Source: a virus (lineage: Duplodnaviria; Caudoviricetes). Taken from it: a DNA stretch of 56,478 nt. The stretch covers positions 1 through 56,478 of IMG/VR virus record IMGVR_UViG_3300037487_000664; one strand, given 5' to 3'. Shown here piece by piece: positions 53,622 to 56,478 of the stretch; the first letter of the stretch is position 1; each line of letters opens with the position of its first letter. The notes below the pieces were generated by a model, which did no database searches, was not told where the DNA came from, and was given only the letters and a program-made list of their open reading frames with translations. The translations under genes and the position numbers were made by a program.

Positions 53622-55565
53622 TCAGCCTTTTCTGTAGCGTTTGGTTTCAAAGCCTGCCGCCGCGAGGGGCAGGCCCACGGCCCACTGTGGACCGGTAGAC
53701 ATCAGCTTGGCCAGACCCTCGTGCGTGTACTCGGGGCTGTCTGGCGTCTCGCACAGCAGTTCGTCGTGGACGTGCAGGACGATGGGGTAGCCCGCCGCCT
53801 CGGCGTGGCGCATGCCGCAGGTCAGGATGTCCCGCGCAGCGGCCTGCGTCGCGTTCTCGACCAACTTGCCGCCGTAGGTGTCCAACCGGGTCCACTTGCG
53901 GGTGTACTGGTCAGTGCCCTCGTAGGACAGCTTGCCTGCGTCGTCGATGGCGGCGTTGGGGTAGCAGAGGTAGCGGCTCGACGGCAGGCCCACCCGCAGC
54001 CACGTCCCGTCGACGCGGAAGACCAGCTTGCCCGCCGTGTACGCCTTGCCCGGCGTCGCGAGCGCAAGGCGCGCGGCCTCCTCCGTCAACTTCCAGAAGG
54101 TTTTCGTAGCGGAGTGCGCCTTGCGCCACGCCTCTACCAGCTCCTTGACGCGCCAATCGGGCAGCTCGATGCCGTAGAGCCCGGCCATCTTGGCAAATGC
54201 GCCGCTCCCGCCCTGATAGCCCAGCGCCAGCTCCATGACCTTGCCGATCTGGCGCTCGTCCGGGGTCACGTCCTCGGGCTTCTTGCTGAAGGAGCGGGCA
54301 TAGGCCAGCTTGTAGAGGTCGGGGCCGATGCCCCGGTCGAAGTCGGCGAAGGCGTCCAGCTTCCACTGCTCGCCCGCCAAGAACGCCAGCATGCGCCCCT
54401 CGATGTTGGACAGATCGGCAATGACCAGCTTCTTGCCGGGGGCCGCTACGAGACAGCCGCGCACGGCGGACGTGCAGAGTTCCACGACGTTGTCGAACAG
54501 CATGTCCTCAACGTCCGCCTTCATGGCGGCAATGCCCACCTCGATCTCGGCGTGCTTCATCGTCGGGCGCGGCAGGTTCTGGGGCTGGAATAAGCGCCCG
54601 CCCCAGCGGCCCGTCCTACTGGCACCGCAGAACTGCAGGGTGCCCCGGAGGCGTCCGTCACTTGACGCTGCGTTAGAAAGAGTGCGGTACTTAGCTGGGC
54701 TCGTCGCCGACGCCTGCGCCCGGTTCTCCAGCAGTGCGCGGATGTCGGAGGTTAGATCGTCCCGCAGTAGCAGCTTGTCGATTGTGCCTCCCCGAAGGTC
54801 ATCAGTCTCAAGCCCAAGTTGCCGCAGGTGGTCGAGGGTCTTGCCGCGCTGGCTGGTGTTGGTCACGGCCCCACCCGTCAGCGCGGCAGCTTCCTGCGCG
54901 AGGCGTTTAGACGCCCTCTGCGCGGCGCGCTGCGCCACCTCGGCCAGTTCGCGGTCGACGGCGATGCCCCGGTCGTTGATCGTCTGGTCGAGCCGCCACA
55001 TCTCCAGCTCTCGGCCCCGGTAGTTCCAGATAGGCAGGCGGCTGTAGACCTCGCGCATGGCCTCCACGTCGAGGCGCGCATATTCAATAAAATCCTGCCA
55101 CACCTCGGGATGAGTTTCGGTGGTGGCGCGGGCCAGTGTCCGGTTCCGGCCCAGAGGCTTTGTAAACAGGTGGATGAGCTTCTTGCCGTCCTTGTCCTTA
55201 GCCTTGTCAAACGGCACCTCTAGCACGTCGCAAAGCGCGCCCAGCGCGGCAGGCAGGCTGTGCGCCAGCGCCTGCACCATCGTGTCGTGAACCTTCTCCA
55301 CGGGCGCGTTTACACCCTGCCAGCGCAAGACCGTCCGGTCGAAGGCGCTGTTGTGGATGACGATCTTGTCGGCGGCGTCGATGGCCGTCTGCAGCCGGAC
55401 TAGGTAGGCCGCTCGGTTGCCGTCGGTGCAGTCCCACACCTCGACCGGCGCGTCGTCCACGGCCTGCGCAATCAGCAGCACCTCGGCCCGCTCGGCGTAG
55501 GCGTGCGTGCCGTGCGCAATAGGCACGGCACAGTACGTTTCGAGGTCGAGGAAGAGGGTGGTCAC
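53622..55565 (-). CDS. polA: family A DNA polymerase with 3'-5' exonuclease
   Basis: LDLET, HNSAFD, TGRWGGR..QPQNLPR, ADLSNIEGR, RQIGKVMELALGY, HVHDE. Confidence 0.95.
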   Translation of the reverse strand: MTTLFLDLETYCAVPIAHGTHAYAERAEVLLIAQAVDDAPVEVWDCTDGNRAAYLVRLQTAIDAADKIVIHNSAFDRTVLRWQGVNAPVEKVHDTMVQALAHSLPAALGALCDVLEVPFDKAKDKDGKKLIHLFTKPLGRNRTLARATTETHPEVWQDFIEYARLDVEAMREVYSRLPIWNYRGRELEMWRLDQTINDRGIAVDRELAEVAQRAAQRASKRLAQEAAALTGGAVTNTSQRGKTLDHLRQLGLETDDLRGGTIDKLLLRDDLTSDIRALLENRAQASATSPAKYRTLSNAASSDGRLRGTLQFCGASRTGRWGGRLFQPQNLPRPTMKHAEIEVGIAAMKADVEDMLFDNVVELCTSAVRGCLVAAPGKKLVIADLSNIEGRMLAFLAGEQWKLDAFADFDRGIGPDLYKLAYARSFSKKPEDVTPDERQIGKVMELALGYQGGSGAFAKMAGLYGIELPDWRVKELVEAWRKAHSATKTFWKLTEEAARLALATPGKAYTAGKLVFRVDGTWLRVGLPSSRYLCYPNAAIDDAGKLSYEGTDQYTRKWTRLDTYGGKLVENATQAAARDILTCGMRHAEAAGYPIVLHVHDELLCETPDSPEYTHEGLAKLMSTGPQWAVGLPLAAAGFETKRYRKG

Positions 55566-55837
55566 CCCCGCGTGCCGTAGAGGGCTTCGCTGACGCGCCC
55601 GATGTTGACGCCGAACTCGCGCGCAACCTCCATCTGGGGGGCCTTGGGGTGCGCGGCGCAGTATGCGCGGATCGCCTCCGCCCTCTCTGGCGTCAGGGCT
55701 AGAGCGCGCACGGGAGACTTGCGCCCATTGTACCGGCGAAAGGTGGCGTCGGCCAAGAAGTTAAGCTCGGGGCAATCCAGCTCGACGGCAAGTTCGCGCA
55801 TACGCGCCCGGATAGCGGGGATCGTGAGATCGTGCAT
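55562..55837 (-). CDS. HTH protein
   Basis: QMEVAREFGVNIGRVSEAL. Confidence 0.7.
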   Translation of the reverse strand: MHDLTIPAIRARMRELAVELDCPELNFLADATFRRYNGRKSPVRALALTPERAEAIRAYCAAHPKAPQMEVAREFGVNIGRVSEALYGTRG

Positions 55838-55859
55838 AACAATGTCCTTGAGGTTGCGT

Positions 55860-55898
55860 CGCCCCCCGCCCGGAGACCTGACTTCTAAGCGGGGGGCG
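55860..55898 (-). ncRNA. candidate anti-RBS stem-loop RNA (10-bp stem; 19-nt loop UUAGAAGUCAGGUCUCCGG)
   Basis: Intergenic hairpin CGCCCCCCGC/GCGGGGGGCG; loop complementary to GGAGACCUGA leaders. Confidence 0.5.
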
Positions 55899-55908
55899 CG
55901 CGGGCTAC

Positions 55909-56175
55909 CTAGACGAGGTCTAGACAGCCCATGGCGGCAGCGTATAGCTCCAACATCGCCTTGTCCTCCAGCAACTTGGTCCGGTCCTTCTTACGAAGGG
56001 AGACCAGTTTGCGAAGAGACTTGGTGTCGAAACCGCTGCCTTTGGCCTCCGCGTACACCTCATTGATGTACTCGGCGGCGACGGCCTTCTCGTCCTCCAG
56101 CGTCTCAACCCGCTCGATAATCGAGCGGAGCTGGTCGCTGGCGACGGGCGGGCCGTTGTGGCCAACGTCCGGCAT
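55909..56175 (-). CDS. gapR: GapR/DUF2312 nucleoid-associated protein
   Basis: DQLRSIIERVETLEDEK..EVYAEAKGSGFDTK..LELY..A.G. Confidence 0.92.
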   Translation of the reverse strand: MPDVGHNGPPVASDQLRSIIERVETLEDEKAVAAEYINEVYAEAKGSGFDTKSLRKLVSLRKKDRTKLLEDKAMLELYAAAMGCLDLV

Positions 56176-56478
56176 CAGACGAAGTCGTCTTCGAGGGCGG
56201 AAGGAGCCCCGAAGTCGTCCGCCGACGCGGCAGCGCCGCCACCGAAGCTCTCACCGTGACCGGCAAAGCGAACGCCCCGCAGACCGCAGTTGATGCGCCG
56301 ACCCCACTTGTTGTCTTGCGCGTAGAACTCGATAGCCGCGTCCACATACGCGCCGCTGTAGATCAGACCGTCTGCCTCGGTGACGGGGCGGTTGGCAAGA
56401 TCGAAGGCGGTCGGCTTGGTCTTGGCCGAGCGGCTGGAGATGTGAAACGTCCCCTCGAACCCGTCGTAGGGCTCGCCG
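56175..56478 (-). CDS. DUF2815 ssDNA-binding protein, C-terminal part
   Basis: Manual translation ..IYSGAYVDAAIEFYAQDNKWGRRINCGLRGVRFAGHGESFGGGAAASADDF..DDFV*. Confidence 0.85.
   Translation of the reverse strand, partial: GEPYDGFEGTFHISSRSAKTKPTAFDLANRPVTEADGLIYSGAYVDAAIEFYAQDNKWGRRINCGLRGVRFAGHGESFGGGAAASADDFGAPSALEDDFV

Noticed and set aside
53580-55023. Long plus-strand ORFs opposite polA
   Set aside because: Shadow frames of a GC-rich gene
55860-55898. Hairpin as a simple terminator, or its loop as a plus-strand RBS
   Set aside because: No U-tract on either strand, unusually large loop, mid-operon position and no start codon downstream on the plus strand
1-56478. tRNA genes, integrase/att sites and full CtrA boxes (TTAA-N7-TTAA)
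   Set aside because: None recognised by eye; a tRNAscan or motif scan is needed to exclude them formally

Overview
Near-complete genome of a GC-rich tailed dsDNA phage with podovirus-like architecture. The host is probably alphaproteobacterial (Caulobacter-like), judged from GcrA, GapR/DUF2312 and DnaA-domain-IV homologues and apparent GANTC depletion. Both window ends fall inside one minus-strand replication operon (DUF2800 exonuclease at the left end, DUF2815 SSB at the right), so only a small part of a circularly permuted genome seems to be missing. Layout: minus-strand early/replication genes at 1-10416 (primase-helicase, Cro-like HTH, ArdC, DarA_C-like, many small ORFs); an origin-like strand switch at about 10.5-10.7 kb; plus-strand packaging, head, tail, lysis and ejection genes at 11.8-49.8 kb; minus-strand helicase, GcrA, VRR-NUC, PolA, GapR and SSB at 50.5-56.5 kb. 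I saw no integrase, CI-type repressor, tRNA, CRISPR or reverse transcriptase. Most interesting signals: (1) an extended Shine-Dalgarno GGAGACCUGA in front of 7-9 genes, whose exact complement is displayed in the loop of an intergenic hairpin in the replication-operon transcript (candidate anti-RBS RNA shut-off system); (2) a CACC-N6-GGTG operator regulon; (3) a candidate GG-motif polyprotein/processing system among virion proteins; (4) several gene insertions that left duplicated or orphaned 3' gene ends; (5) a modular RCC1-propeller docking system. All protein calls are from motif recognition by eye, not database searches.
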